IMG/VR virus record: IMGVR_UViG_3300027754_000039
Span: 64,001 to 128,000 of that record
DNA length: 64,000 bases
Strand: one strand, 5' to 3'
DNA from: a virus
The position numbers were made by a program, and so were the translations under genes. Shown piece after piece: positions 21,094 through 30,766 of this stretch; the stretch's first letter is position 1; every line of letters starts with the position of its first letter. Below the pieces are notes generated by a model. The model saw only the letters and a list, made by a program, of their open reading frames with translations. It was not told the DNA's origin and did not search any database.

Positions 21094-21623
21094 TATAGAT
21101 TTTTAGGTAATATTTTATTTTTAATTGTTTCTGAATTACCAAATCTAGTTTTAACAATATTAAGTTTAGATTGACGAGTCATATGTGCTTGACATATAAT
21201 AGACACGCTATAACCATGAGTTGACCCACCAAACCAATTGTCAGGATTTTTACCTGCAAAATTTTGGTTTTCTTCAATTCCATCAATTTCAAAAAATCTT
21301 GAACGATATTCTAAAGTATCTCCAATTTCTATTGAAATATCTAAATCAACTAAATCATCACGAAGAAAAGCAAATGTTGCTGTTTGAGTAACGTCGGATC
21401 CATAATCTTCAGAAGTCCATTGTTGAGCGTCTACATTAGCTAAACATGGAATTAATGTCGGAGCATCATAAACCTTATTATCAGACTCGTCATATAAATT
21501 AGTATCCGTAGCTACTAAGTTTATTTTGTAAACTAGCACCTCGGTATCTATGATACGATGAATTAGTTCTTTATTTATATTTCTAAATAAAGATATGTCT
21601 CTTTCTCCTCCAAATAATGCCAT
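21093..21623 (-). CDS. gp14: Neck/head completion protein (gp14-like)
   Basis: MALFGGERDISLF; NLYDES..KVY; IEIGDTLEYRSRFFEI; synteny gp13-gp14-gp15. Confidence 0.75.
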   Translation of the reverse strand: MALFGGERDISLFRNINKELIHRIIDTEVLVYKINLVATDTNLYDESDNKVYDAPTLIPCLANVDAQQWTSEDYGSDVTQTATFAFLRDDLVDLDISIEIGDTLEYRSRFFEIDGIEENQNFAGKNPDNWFGGSTHGYSVSIICQAHMTRQSKLNIVKTRFGNSETIKNKILPKNL

Positions 21624-22780
21624 TATCCTATATAAATTACCATTGGTACCTTATTTAATTGAGACTGCATATTGTCTGCTTCCTCTGTCATTTTAGCTAA
21701 TTGTGATTGACGAGATACTGCTTCTAGGTTTTCTCTTATTTGAGTAACCAACGCTTCTTTTTCCGTTTGCCCCTGTGCTATTAAATCAGCTCCATTTAAT
21801 GTAACTTCTGCTCCTGGTATAGGAACAGTGCTGTATTTATTGCGTATATTGCCTAACACTTCCTTAGCTAGTGCCAGGGTATACTTGAATATCCACTGCT
21901 TGCCCGCTGGATTAATGTTGGCGTATGTATGTAATTCGTAGGGTGCATTTGAAAAGTCTCCTACTACATTTGACCCGGATGCAAAGGCATAAGCTTCTGC
22001 CGCTCTGTCTTCTGTAGTGATATATTCAATATACATTGTATAATCATACGTCGGTACCGGAAATATTTTAACTCGAGTCCCAGCTACTTGAAAACTATAA
22101 GCTGACTTGCGAATCATATCATTAAACTCAATAGCCTGAAGTCTTAATAAATCGGCATATATGGGCATCATCATAAATGATACGCCTGGTGAATAGTTAC
22201 CCCAACCAAAATTTTCTAACATTGTTTGAGAGCCTAATCCAGTACCTATAAACGGGTCAAAGTATCTAGTAATAGCAGGAGGATTGTCATGAAAGATTTT
22301 TTTAATCTCTACAGTCTTTGTGCTGTCTCCGGCTCCTTCATATACAAAATTAGCTAGATCGTATACTTGCTGCCCAGTCGTAACTGCTACTGAAGCTGAC
22401 TTGTAAATTAAATATCCACCCGATCCTGCTTCTGTTCCATAGTTCTTAGATATATTAATTAATCTATCCAAAGTAGGATTAACAGGTTTTGCTGTTAAAT
22501 TAGTACCTGTCTTTGTTCCTTGTAAATTAAATAAATTATCTCTAATAGCATATTGATTTAATTGATTAGAATATTCTAACGTGGCTTCTTCAAAACAAGC
22601 ATAGAAATGTTTAGATTGAAGTTCAATATCACTTAAAGGCCATCCTAATCGAGTCCCACACCATGATGCAACTTTATCTGCGTGTATTGCAAATGTCGCA
22701 TCTGTATCAAAAAATTGAAACGGAGTTGATCCTGTAGTAAAACTACTAGAACCCGGCCATATTGGAATTTGTACTGCCAT
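21623..22780 (-). CDS. gp13: Neck protein (gp13-like)
   Basis: RLGWPLSDIEL...CFEEA; WIFKYTLALAKEVLGNIRNKY...PGAEVTLNG; ends PMVIYIG. Confidence 0.85.
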   Translation of the reverse strand: MAVQIPIWPGSSSFTTGSTPFQFFDTDATFAIHADKVASWCGTRLGWPLSDIELQSKHFYACFEEATLEYSNQLNQYAIRDNLFNLQGTKTGTNLTAKPVNPTLDRLINISKNYGTEAGSGGYLIYKSASVAVTTGQQVYDLANFVYEGAGDSTKTVEIKKIFHDNPPAITRYFDPFIGTGLGSQTMLENFGWGNYSPGVSFMMMPIYADLLRLQAIEFNDMIRKSAYSFQVAGTRVKIFPVPTYDYTMYIEYITTEDRAAEAYAFASGSNVVGDFSNAPYELHTYANINPAGKQWIFKYTLALAKEVLGNIRNKYSTVPIPGAEVTLNGADLIAQGQTEKEALVTQIRENLEAVSRQSQLAKMTEEADNMQSQLNKVPMVIYIG

Positions 22781-22815
22781 GATAGTATATCTTTATTAAT
22801 AAATATCATTACAGT

Positions 22816-22843
22816 AAAAAAGGTCCAAAAACAATTGGACCTT
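22816..22843 (-). terminator. Intrinsic terminator after the endolysin gene
   Basis: AAGGTCCAA-TTGTTT-TTGGACCTT plus U-run. Confidence 0.8.
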
Positions 22844-22864
22844 CTCACTTAATATGTATTAATA

Positions 22865-23464
22865 TTATACTAGTAAAGAATAATATTCTTTGAAATGTTT
22901 AATACGATCAGGTAATCCAATTGTACCGCCATTAACTCTTTTAGTTACTGCAGTTACGGTAGCGTCGTCTGCTCCTTTATCACAAATTAACCAAAGATTA
23001 TTGTTGTTGAAAAAGAATGCTGCTGAAGCTAATGGATATTTAGTAGCTACTAAATCTGGGTTTGATAAAATATCATCTTCAACCGTTTTGTCAAATAATG
23101 AATAGTTAGATTTACCCGTTAATTGTATATATCCACGACCTCTGAATTTGAATCCTTCTCCTGAAGCTTCATCTCCATTACCCATTCTAGCTGAATAAAC
23201 TTTATTAGCTATTTTTTCTGGATTGCGAGCATATCCAGCTGCTGTAGTAGCATTGAAATATTTACCAAAGATTTTAACTAAACCATCTGCTGAATAATTT
23301 AGATTTTCAGATACCGCTTTAAAGCCACCACTTTCATGACCACATTGAGCTAAAAAATGAGCTAAACGTAAAGTGTTAGTGATATTAAACTTTGCTGCTG
23401 TGTCTGGAATTTGTGCAATAACTGCATCAGGAATATGTCCTTTAAGTTTGTCTGGTGTTATCAT
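22865..23464 (-). CDS. Glycoside hydrolase family 19 endolysin
   Basis: LAHFLAQCGHESGGF, ENLNYS, FRGRGYIQLTGKSNY, TKRVNGG.IGL.DR. Confidence 0.92.
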   Translation of the reverse strand: MITPDKLKGHIPDAVIAQIPDTAAKFNITNTLRLAHFLAQCGHESGGFKAVSENLNYSADGLVKIFGKYFNATTAAGYARNPEKIANKVYSARMGNGDEASGEGFKFRGRGYIQLTGKSNYSLFDKTVEDDILSNPDLVATKYPLASAAFFFNNNNLWLICDKGADDATVTAVTKRVNGGTIGLPDRIKHFKEYYSLLV

Positions 23465-23469
23465 ATTAG

Positions 23470-24102
23470 TTAAAATTTAATGTGTTCTGCTTCTGTTGTG
23501 TGTATAACCTTTAAACTAATCTCGGGATATTGTGACTGAAGCGCTTCAACCGCTTTTATATTTTTATAAGAGTCGTCAATAAACACAATGTCATTGTATC
23601 CTTTCTTTATTTCTTTTTCTATGTAGTCTGCTTTTTTCTGTGGATTACCGTCCCCTAAAGGAACTACATACACGTCTAAATTATATAATTTCTTTAAATA
23701 TCTTTTTACTGGATATCCTAATAGTCTAGCAGTTAATATCGTTGTCTTAGTCGTTGAAGACTCAGCAGCTTGTTTAAGTAGCTTTATATTTGCTTGAATA
23801 GGTACTGCAGTTTTAATAACAGTATTGAATTCTTTAAAATTAAATACATCTCCTTTTTTAGGTTTATATACTGCAAATTCTGCAGGAGTTAAAGTAAATT
23901 CTTTTCCGTTATTTTTAACATATATATTTGATTTCACTTTTGCCAAAGTATCGTCAAAGTCAAATATACGAAGTTTCTTAACTGCTGGTCCTTCATTAAT
24001 TGATTTAAACGTGTCTTTAAACGTGTATACTTTACCTAATTCATATTTAGGTAGATACTGTTGCATTGCCGCTCCAAAGTGATTATCTAATATGTCTGCC
24101 AT
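23470..24102 (-). CDS. HAD-superfamily phosphatase with an N-terminal extension
   Basis: IFDFDDTL (motif I), ILTAR (II), K, FIDDS (IV). Confidence 0.85.
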   Translation of the reverse strand: MADILDNHFGAAMQQYLPKYELGKVYTFKDTFKSINEGPAVKKLRIFDFDDTLAKVKSNIYVKNNGKEFTLTPAEFAVYKPKKGDVFNFKEFNTVIKTAVPIQANIKLLKQAAESSTTKTTILTARLLGYPVKRYLKKLYNLDVYVVPLGDGNPQKKADYIEKEIKKGYNDIVFIDDSYKNIKAVEALQSQYPEISLKVIHTTEAEHIKF

Positions 24103-24785
24103 TATGAATTATATTCTTTATATACATTTAATATTTCCGGAACAATTGGATGTCTGTGGTTTTTAAGTAAAGTAATTACCTTTACCCCTGGTACTCGTGC
24201 TTCTAGCGTTTTAAAGAAATCAATGCCAGATTCTTTTTTATTCCTTAAATCAATTTGCGAAGTATCTCCACAAAAAATCATTTTAGAATTTAAACCCAAA
24301 CGACCTACAATCATTTCTGTTTGATTGCCATTAACATTTTGTGCCTCGTCTACTATAACCACTGCGTTAACAAATGTCCTTCCCCGTACAAACGCGAACG
24401 GCAGAATCTCAATGTCTTGGCTTTCGACCATCTTATCGACTGTCTCTTTATTGTACAACATGTATAAGTTGGCATAAATTGGAGCTAACCATGGATCCAT
24501 TTTTTCTTTTAAACCTCCTGGTAAATACCCAATGTCATCGGCCGCTGCAACGACAGGACGAGTTATAATAATCTTTTCAACTTGACGAGTAAAAAACATA
24601 TCCAATGCTATTTGACACGCCAATAGTGTTTTTCCGGAACCTGCTTGACCTTTTAATAAAGTAACGGTATTATTTAATATGTCTGCCTTAGCAGTTTTTT
24701 GTTCTTCATTTAATGTTAAATGAAATTTAACTGGCCCTTTTGGTTTTCTCTTTTCTGAATTGTTTAATTTACTAGGTGATTCCAT
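24102..24785 (-). CDS. phoH: PhoH-family ATPase
   Basis: GQAGSGKT, IGYLPG, RGRTF, VDEAQN, CGDTSQIDL, HRHPIV. Confidence 0.95.
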   Translation of the reverse strand: MESPSKLNNSEKRKPKGPVKFHLTLNEEQKTAKADILNNTVTLLKGQAGSGKTLLACQIALDMFFTRQVEKIIITRPVVAAADDIGYLPGGLKEKMDPWLAPIYANLYMLYNKETVDKMVESQDIEILPFAFVRGRTFVNAVVIVDEAQNVNGNQTEMIVGRLGLNSKMIFCGDTSQIDLRNKKESGIDFFKTLEARVPGVKVITLLKNHRHPIVPEILNVYKEYNS

Positions 24786-24808
24786 AATATAACCTTTTAA
24801 TATAAAAT

Positions 24809-25063
24809 TTATTTACTTTGATCTTCTACCATGTATTCATGTACACTATTAATATAATCTGATGCCAATGTAATATATGCTGATACCCATCCTGATAATT
24901 CCTGCCCTTCTTGTATCATTTTATATAATGTGGCTCCGTTAGTTATCATAGCACGCAATTCTGCTTTGGCCATTGCAGCTTCATGATCATGTTCCTTCGC
25001 CGGTAACATATTGCTCATTTCTTCTTTTACCATTTTTTGAACGGCTTTTCTAAGTTTATCCAT
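24809..25063 (-). CDS. Small probable head-associated protein
   Basis: LRKAVQKMVKEE N-terminus; immediately downstream of the capsid gene with its own promoter motif. Confidence 0.6.
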   Translation of the reverse strand: MDKLRKAVQKMVKEEMSNMLPAKEHDHEAAMAKAELRAMITNGATLYKMIQEGQELSGWVSAYITLASDYINSVHEYMVEDQSK

Positions 25064-25110
25064 AATAAGTTATTTCTAATAAATATCAGGATCGTTCCTT
25101 TTAATCAGTA

Positions 25111-25139
25111 GAAAAGGGGCTAATTACTAACCCCTTTTC
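25111..25139 (-). terminator. Intrinsic terminator after the major capsid gene
   Basis: GAAAAGGGGTTA-GTAAT-TAGCCCCTTTTC. Confidence 0.8.
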
Positions 25140-25164
25140 AAACTTAACGATTAAGCCTCAGCGA

Positions 25165-26862
25165 TTACACTAAGTGTAAACCATGAACTTTAACAACGCC
25201 ATAAAATTCGGGTCTAACCATTTTCTTAGCATAACGAGTCATAACACCTTTACGTGGAGTAAAGTTAGTCGGATCGTACACTAATGGAGTCATAATTAAT
25301 GGAATGTATGGAGCATATACAGCGCCAGTCTCTAAGAATTGAGAACCACGGTAACCTAATAAAATAACGTTTTCAGTCATATATGGGTTTTTGTATACAG
25401 TGAAGCGGCTATTTAATAAACCTACTTTTTGTACACCCATTGCAAACTGCATTTTGTCGCCATTAGTATCAGCAGCATATCCTGGGATAGATTCTAATAT
25501 AGTAGCAACATCAGGAGAACAAACCATAAAGTTTGCACCACCACGCATTGTCTTTTGGTGAATTTTGTTTGATACCTTTTGTAACTTAGTACCTAAAGTT
25601 TGAAACCAAGTGTTTTGAGTATAAGCTTGAGCAGCAGCGTTGCTAGAAGCAGCAAAATTGTCTGTCGAAGAGTTATATTCAAATCCTAATTGTGCAGACC
25701 AAGATTCAGTAGTCACTGCATTTTGGATTAACATATCTAAAATTTCTAAGTCAATCTCTTGAGAGATATATTCAGATAACATAGAAGTCAATTCAGCTTC
25801 AGCATCAATTGAATGGTAAGCATTTAAATCTTGAGCAAATTCTGGAGACCAAACTGCTTTTAACTTACGAGTTTTAGCAACAATAGCTTCAGATTTCAAT
25901 TCAACATTAATTTCTGGAATATTGATGTCTGTTCCTGTTCCTGCAGTATCTTCAAAGTCACCACGAGCAGCTGCTGTTGGTTGTTTTTGATATTGTACAT
26001 TAACTGCGGCTAATGCAGCGGTAGCTACAATAGAACCAGATACAATAAATGTAAATGTAGTGTCATTTACGTTTTTAGTAAACTGTGGGAAATAAGCAGC
26101 AATATGACCAACACTAGAACCTGATAATGCGTAAGCACGAACACCTTCTAAATCTGGGTTAGTTAAAGCAGCAGCAGCAACAGTGATTTTCTTGAATGCA
26201 CCAGCAGCAATTGAAGCAGAATAAGCTGCAGTAAATTTGCTGTCATAGTTAAATTCATCAGAATCTAAATCAGCAGTCATGCTTAAAGCAGAGCTAATTT
26301 TGATTTTAGTAGCGTCTGGAGAATAAGATCCAGAAGCGTCAATAGTAGCAGTGGTTTTGTTAATTGAATAACCGAAACGACCAGCACCATATAAACCTTG
26401 GCTTGGATCTGAAGTTGTGTTAGTTACACCGAATACAGAGTTATTTTGGTAACCTGAATCAGGGCTAGATAATGAGTTACTATTACCAGAAGTTGAGTTA
26501 ATGAAACCAGGTTGAGCTGAACCATATTTGAAGTCCATGTAAAATACTAGACCTGATGGTAAATTCATTGGCTGAACAGATACGAAGTCTTTAGCTGCGA
26601 TTTCAGCAAATACTCTACGTACTAAAGGTAAAGCAACGCCTGACCATTGTTCTGAGTTAGTTGCTGTACCAGTTGAGTTAGCTTCTGTTACTAATTGTTT
26701 AGCTTGATTTTCAAGCATAATGGCCATACCGTGTCTATCGTACTCGGTAGTGATGCCTTCTAACAAACCGGTTTTTGCCCATTTGCCTACTAGGCCTTTG
26801 GTCTCGTCCATTTGTTTACGAACAGCTGATGTGCTTTCGTTTAAAATTGAATGTAATGACAT
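25165..26862 (-). CDS. gp23: Major capsid protein
   Basis: KWAKTGLLEG, FVSVQPMNLPSGLVFY, KTRKLKAVWSPEFAQDLNAYH, YAPYIPL, FTPRKGVMTRY. Confidence 0.96.
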   Translation of the reverse strand: MSLHSILNESTSAVRKQMDETKGLVGKWAKTGLLEGITTEYDRHGMAIMLENQAKQLVTEANSTGTATNSEQWSGVALPLVRRVFAEIAAKDFVSVQPMNLPSGLVFYMDFKYGSAQPGFINSTSGNSNSLSSPDSGYQNNSVFGVTNTTSDPSQGLYGAGRFGYSINKTTATIDASGSYSPDATKIKISSALSMTADLDSDEFNYDSKFTAAYSASIAAGAFKKITVAAAALTNPDLEGVRAYALSGSSVGHIAAYFPQFTKNVNDTTFTFIVSGSIVATAALAAVNVQYQKQPTAAARGDFEDTAGTGTDINIPEINVELKSEAIVAKTRKLKAVWSPEFAQDLNAYHSIDAEAELTSMLSEYISQEIDLEILDMLIQNAVTTESWSAQLGFEYNSSTDNFAASSNAAAQAYTQNTWFQTLGTKLQKVSNKIHQKTMRGGANFMVCSPDVATILESIPGYAADTNGDKMQFAMGVQKVGLLNSRFTVYKNPYMTENVILLGYRGSQFLETGAVYAPYIPLIMTPLVYDPTNFTPRKGVMTRYAKKMVRPEFYGVVKVHGLHLV

Positions 26863-26888
26863 TTTAAATTTTGTTTTAAGTTAATTAA

Positions 26889-27773
26889 TTATTTTAATCC
26901 TGCTAGTTTTTTGAAACGATTAGCTAATTCTGTACCTTCAGAAATTACTTGCTTTGCAGGTTTGGTAGATCCTACCGGTTTTGAAGCAAACGATTCTTTA
27001 ACTACTCTCTTAGTCGATGGCATTTTAAAGCCTTCAGCTAAAGTCGAATATACTAACTTAACTTCACGTAAAGTAAAAGCTCTATCGAAGTTTTCGATAA
27101 CTTTCATTTTCTGACCTTCGTTTAAAGTGAAATTACGGAATAATTTATTAGAATATAAAAGTTTAGCATTTAATAAATTTACTTCATTAATTTTACCTTT
27201 TAGGAAACGGATAACATTATACGCTTCTTCTAGATCTTCGCTTGACTCTTCTTCTTTTTCATCTTCTTCTTTCATTTCTTCTTTTTCTTCAGTCTCGTCT
27301 TCTTCACGTAAAGATTTGATAATTTCTTCAATATTGATATCTTCATCATCATCAGACATTTCTTCGCCTTCTTCCATAGAATCATCCTCTTTAGGTTCTT
27401 CCATTGCGGGCTCTTCATCGCCTTCTAATTCTCTGATAATAGATTCTAAATCTAAATCATCTTCTTCGCCTTCCATGTCCATGCCTTCTTCAGTCATTTC
27501 TTCTTCTGGCATTTCTTCTTCATCGTCTTCGCCTTCTTCAACTGGCTCTTCTGCAGGCATTCCTTCATCACCCATTTCTTCTCCTTCTGTTGGCATCTCT
27601 TCTTCAGCTGGTTCTTCTTCGTCTTCTTCAGACATTTCTTCAGCTAATTTAGCAGACAACATAGATTGAAGTCTTGGAGTGAAAGCTTCCTCAAGAGCAA
27701 GTTTAGCGTTGGCTAAGGCTGTTTCTCTTACGGCTTTTGCATCAGCAATTGCCTCTTTTAATAGGTCTTTCAT
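26889..27773 (-). CDS. gp22: Prohead core scaffold protein
   Basis: Highly acidic middle, EVNLLNAKLLYSNKLF, ends RFKKLAGLK; directly upstream of the capsid gene. Confidence 0.8.
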   Translation of the reverse strand: MKDLLKEAIADAKAVRETALANAKLALEEAFTPRLQSMLSAKLAEEMSEEDEEEPAEEEMPTEGEEMGDEGMPAEEPVEEGEDDEEEMPEEEMTEEGMDMEGEEDDLDLESIIRELEGDEEPAMEEPKEDDSMEEGEEMSDDDEDINIEEIIKSLREEDETEEKEEMKEEDEKEEESSEDLEEAYNVIRFLKGKINEVNLLNAKLLYSNKLFRNFTLNEGQKMKVIENFDRAFTLREVKLVYSTLAEGFKMPSTKRVVKESFASKPVGSTKPAKQVISEGTELANRFKKLAGLK

Positions 27774-27793
27774 TGTCCTTTTATTGTTTTTTA

Positions 27794-27863
27794 ATTGGAA
27801 ATAAGATTATTGGAAATCTTAATAGAATAAATATTTTCTAGCACCTTATATAGAGATAAGGTA
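27794..27863 (-). promoter_or_regulatory. Two-hairpin 5' leader of the scaffold-capsid operon
   Basis: Hairpins at 27842-27863 and 27802-27821; TTTCCAAT occurs twice with 15-nt period. Confidence 0.5.
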
Positions 27864-27882
27864 TTGTGCGTTATATCAATAA

Positions 27883-27914
27883 ATATGGGCATGCTTAAGT
27901 AAACACGCCCATAT
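27883..27914 (-). terminator. Terminator hairpin whose 3' arm overlaps the promoter motif
   Basis: ATATGGGCGTG-TTTACTTAAG-CATGCCCATAT followed by TTATT. Confidence 0.65.
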
Positions 27915-27998
27915 GAATGAAATATTTTTAATAAATTTTAAGCAGCTTTAATTTCTGCTTGATGTTCTTTAATATGTGCTATAGGTGCTAATTTCATA

Positions 27999-28733
27999 TT
28001 ATTTCTTAGCTACTGTCTTAACACCTTTGTCTTTGCTAGGTTCTTCCTTAGCTACGTAATTTTTATCTACCCAATTGAAAAATTTCTTTTTATCTCTAGG
28101 AGTTTCTAAATCTGAAGGTTCTTGAATTTTAAACTTCTTCATTGCTTTTGAAAAGAACTTTTGATAATCATCTCCCGAAGCCGCTTCAGTAACCATTCCA
28201 CCTACATCATAATACTTATTTAAAGTACCTCCGATATCTTCATAAGCAGACTCTAAACGTTGCTGAAGTACTGACATTTCTTGAGAAGTCTTTTCAAATA
28301 TCTTATATGCTTCACCTAAATGCTTCATATGACGATTAACTGTATTAGCGTCAAACCAATCTTCAGTTTCAGACAAAGTTAAATGATGAGCAGCTTCGAT
28401 AAGCTCTCCTAAATATTGAGAAGTTTCTTTTAAAGAATGAGGTCTATAAATAGAGTCTGAATGTTCAGCAAATTTATATACAGCTTCTAAAAAAGCTTTC
28501 TTTTGCTCAGTAGTCATACTTTGAGTTAAATCTTCACCCTCTTTTAGTAAGTCTGCTAATTTAATAGATTTGTTTGTTTTCATATTTTCTTTTAATTTCA
28601 TTTCATGCATATGTAACGCAGCTAAATACTTTTTCAAAGCTTCTTTAGTACCTTTAGTAGCACCTACTCGCTTTCCACCATCTTTTTTATAGACAACGTA
28701 TTTATCTCCTTCTTTCTTATAAGTATAAGGCAT
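27999..28733 (-). CDS. Multi-segment probable internal head protein
   Basis: MPYTYKKEGDKYVVYKK domain, then IKLADLLKE and MVTE putative cleavage sites. Confidence 0.65.
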   Translation of the reverse strand: MPYTYKKEGDKYVVYKKDGGKRVGATKGTKEALKKYLAALHMHEMKLKENMKTNKSIKLADLLKEGEDLTQSMTTEQKKAFLEAVYKFAEHSDSIYRPHSLKETSQYLGELIEAAHHLTLSETEDWFDANTVNRHMKHLGEAYKIFEKTSQEMSVLQQRLESAYEDIGGTLNKYYDVGGMVTEAASGDDYQKFFSKAMKKFKIQEPSDLETPRDKKKFFNWVDKNYVAKEEPSKDKGVKTVAKK

Positions 28734-28734
28734 A

Positions 28735-29142
28735 TTAAGAAGCTACGTTTACAGTGGTTGAAGTATTGAATCTTGATTTAAACTTACCGTCTTGATACCA
28801 GATAGTACCAATATCTCTTCCGTTAGATCCTGCTCCTGGATGAGTATAATTAATTGACACGTTGAATATATATCCACCTACTGAATTAGTTAAAGTAGAG
28901 CAAGATACATCTAACGTCATAGAGTTAAATAAAGACTGAAGTACTGGTGTACGTATCTCTTTAGATAAATCAGACATATAATATAATATCTCTGGTTTCT
29001 TTTTATCTAAACCCAATACAGCAATAATACCAGTTTTCATTTTAAGTTCTTTTTGAACTCCTTTGATAATTTGCTCTGACGGCTCAACTACTTCTTCGTT
29101 AAGTCTTCCTTTTTTGAATTCTAATAGATCTTTTAATTTCAT
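28735..29142 (-). CDS. Probable internal head protein
   Basis: Starts MKLKDLLE...RLNEE. Confidence 0.6.
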   Translation of the reverse strand: MKLKDLLEFKKGRLNEEVVEPSEQIIKGVQKELKMKTGIIAVLGLDKKKPEILYYMSDLSKEIRTPVLQSLFNSMTLDVSCSTLTNSVGGYIFNVSINYTHPGAGSNGRDIGTIWYQDGKFKSRFNTSTTVNVAS

Positions 29143-29273
29143 TATCCTTTGTATTTTTTAGGAGTTACGTCGACATTCAATTTTGAATTGTCTTTGGCCT
29201 GTTTAGTTTTTTGGCTATAAGCCTTTGGCTTTGTATTATTAGTACTAGCTTTGTATTTTTCTTCTAAATTCAT
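29142..29273 (-). CDS. 43-aa Lys-rich protein, below the ORF-track cut-off
   Basis: MNLEEKYKASTNNTKPKAYSQKTKQAKDNSKLNVDVTPKKYKG; fills the gap exactly with a TAATG overlap. Confidence 0.6.
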   Translation of the reverse strand: MNLEEKYKASTNNTKPKAYSQKTKQAKDNSKLNVDVTPKKYKG

Positions 29274-29281
29274 GATTTGGT

Positions 29282-29896
29282 TTATTTAATGTCTGACAAT
29301 ATATCTGTAATTAAACGATTTACTTTTTCATATTTAGCTGGCTTAATTAAACCATGCTGTACTGACTCATGCATTGCAGTTGGTTTTAGGAAAGCTCCTT
29401 GAGTTGATGGATTAGACACAAAGTCAAATGCAATTAATTCAAAGTCGTCTTGCACTTCTACAGACCCTTCTCCTAATTGCTTAACAGATCCTAATCCACG
29501 AGAACTAATACCTAATTTAATACCACACTTAAATAACTCTTTTAATATGTTACCTGACGGTGTTGATAAAACTTCTACAGTTCCAACTAAATCATTTTCT
29601 TCCCAATGCATTTCTGTTATATTGTGAGAAACATTATTTAGATTTACTACTGAAGAATCTGGATGATCTAATTCTCCTAAAGCTCTTCTTTCTTTTATAT
29701 TAACGTCAGCATATTTTTTAGCTTCACGCATTAATATATTTCTAGGATAAACTCGTCCATTTTGGTTTTGAGCATCTGCTCTTTGCAATACTCCTTTAAC
29801 CATTAGACGGCCATTATTCTTTTCCATAGACTCACTAATCATTTCCGGAGAAATGTTAAATGTAATATAGTCTACTATTAATTTCTTATTTTCCAT
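29282..29896 (-). CDS. gp21: Prohead protease
   Basis: NQNGRVYP, ALGELDHP, VSH, GISSRGLG, FDFVSNPS. Confidence 0.95.
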   Translation of the reverse strand: MENKKLIVDYITFNISPEMISESMEKNNGRLMVKGVLQRADAQNQNGRVYPRNILMREAKKYADVNIKERRALGELDHPDSSVVNLNNVSHNITEMHWEENDLVGTVEVLSTPSGNILKELFKCGIKLGISSRGLGSVKQLGEGSVEVQDDFELIAFDFVSNPSTQGAFLKPTAMHESVQHGLIKPAKYEKVNRLITDILSDIK

Positions 29897-29897
29897 A

Positions 29898-30431
29898 TTA
29901 AGACGCTAATTCCTTTAATTGTTTTGATACTCTCAATAAACGCTCACTAATTTTAGAGAGATTTTCACGAGACGATTTCCAATAAACATTGTTGTCTACA
30001 CCCATTTCTTGCTTTAAACGAACATTATGGTTAACAACTTTTTCAATTTCTTTTAAACCTCTATTAATGTAATTAATTGAGTTATTTATTTTTGCCTTAG
30101 GCGATGCTATAGGATCTTTTCTATATTCATTATATGAAATTTCATTAAGATAAAGTTCTTTTGAAAGTCTCATAAACTCAGATTCTTTAACCGGTTTCTT
30201 AACTTCTTTTTTAACTTTCTTAACTTTTTTATATCCTAACATTTCAATAGTGTCATCACCTAACTCACCAAAAGCATTAGGAGTTTCATATCCACCTGCA
30301 CCTGCTGACGTCGACATTTCTTCCATGTCGTCTAATTGAAAGTCGTCTTCCTCATCATCTATTAAGCGAGAATTATCTTCGGGCTCTCCGGATTCTTTAA
30401 GGAATTTTTTAAATGTAGTTGTATATGACAT
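29898..30431 (-). CDS. Probable head-associated protein
   Basis: FKKFLKES, EEMSTSAGAGGYETPNAF, PVKES and YLNE motifs. Confidence 0.6.
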   Translation of the reverse strand: MSYTTTFKKFLKESGEPEDNSRLIDDEEDDFQLDDMEEMSTSAGAGGYETPNAFGELGDDTIEMLGYKKVKKVKKEVKKPVKESEFMRLSKELYLNEISYNEYRKDPIASPKAKINNSINYINRGLKEIEKVVNHNVRLKQEMGVDNNVYWKSSRENLSKISERLLRVSKQLKELAS

Positions 30432-30440
30432 AAATTAATT

Positions 30441-30764
30441 TTAATAATTGTATAATATAGTAATATCACCTGCATCAGATGCAGATACATATCTTAAGCT
30501 AATTGGAAATATTTGATGATTTTGACTTGGCTCGTGAAAATCAGCGCCAACATATCCTGTGCCATTTGATGCTGATATGAGTAAACTTCCGGTATTCATA
30601 ATAAGAAACCCTGCAGGGTTTAAAAATGACCCTGTTGCTATAAACGGATTATTAGTTGTAGCAGTTACGCGAACTGTACGAGAATACGTTGCATTAATTT
30701 TTGATGAATTATATGTCGCTGCGGGAGCTGAGTAAGGTCCGCATATTGGATTTTCGTTTGCCAT
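30441..30764 (-). CDS. Hypothetical protein
   Basis: 107-aa ORF tightly packed in the head operon. Confidence 0.6.
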   Translation of the reverse strand: MANENPICGPYSAPAATYNSSKINATYSRTVRVTATTNNPFIATGSFLNPAGFLIMNTGSLLISASNGTGYVGADFHEPSQNHQIFPISLRYVSASDAGDITILYNY

Positions 30765-30766
30765 TA

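Noticed and set aside
26911-27669. Ser-rich plus-strand ORFs over the scaffold gene
   Set aside because: Mirror of GAA/GAT acidic codons on the coding strand. The same reasoning applies to the other short antisense ORFs in the track.
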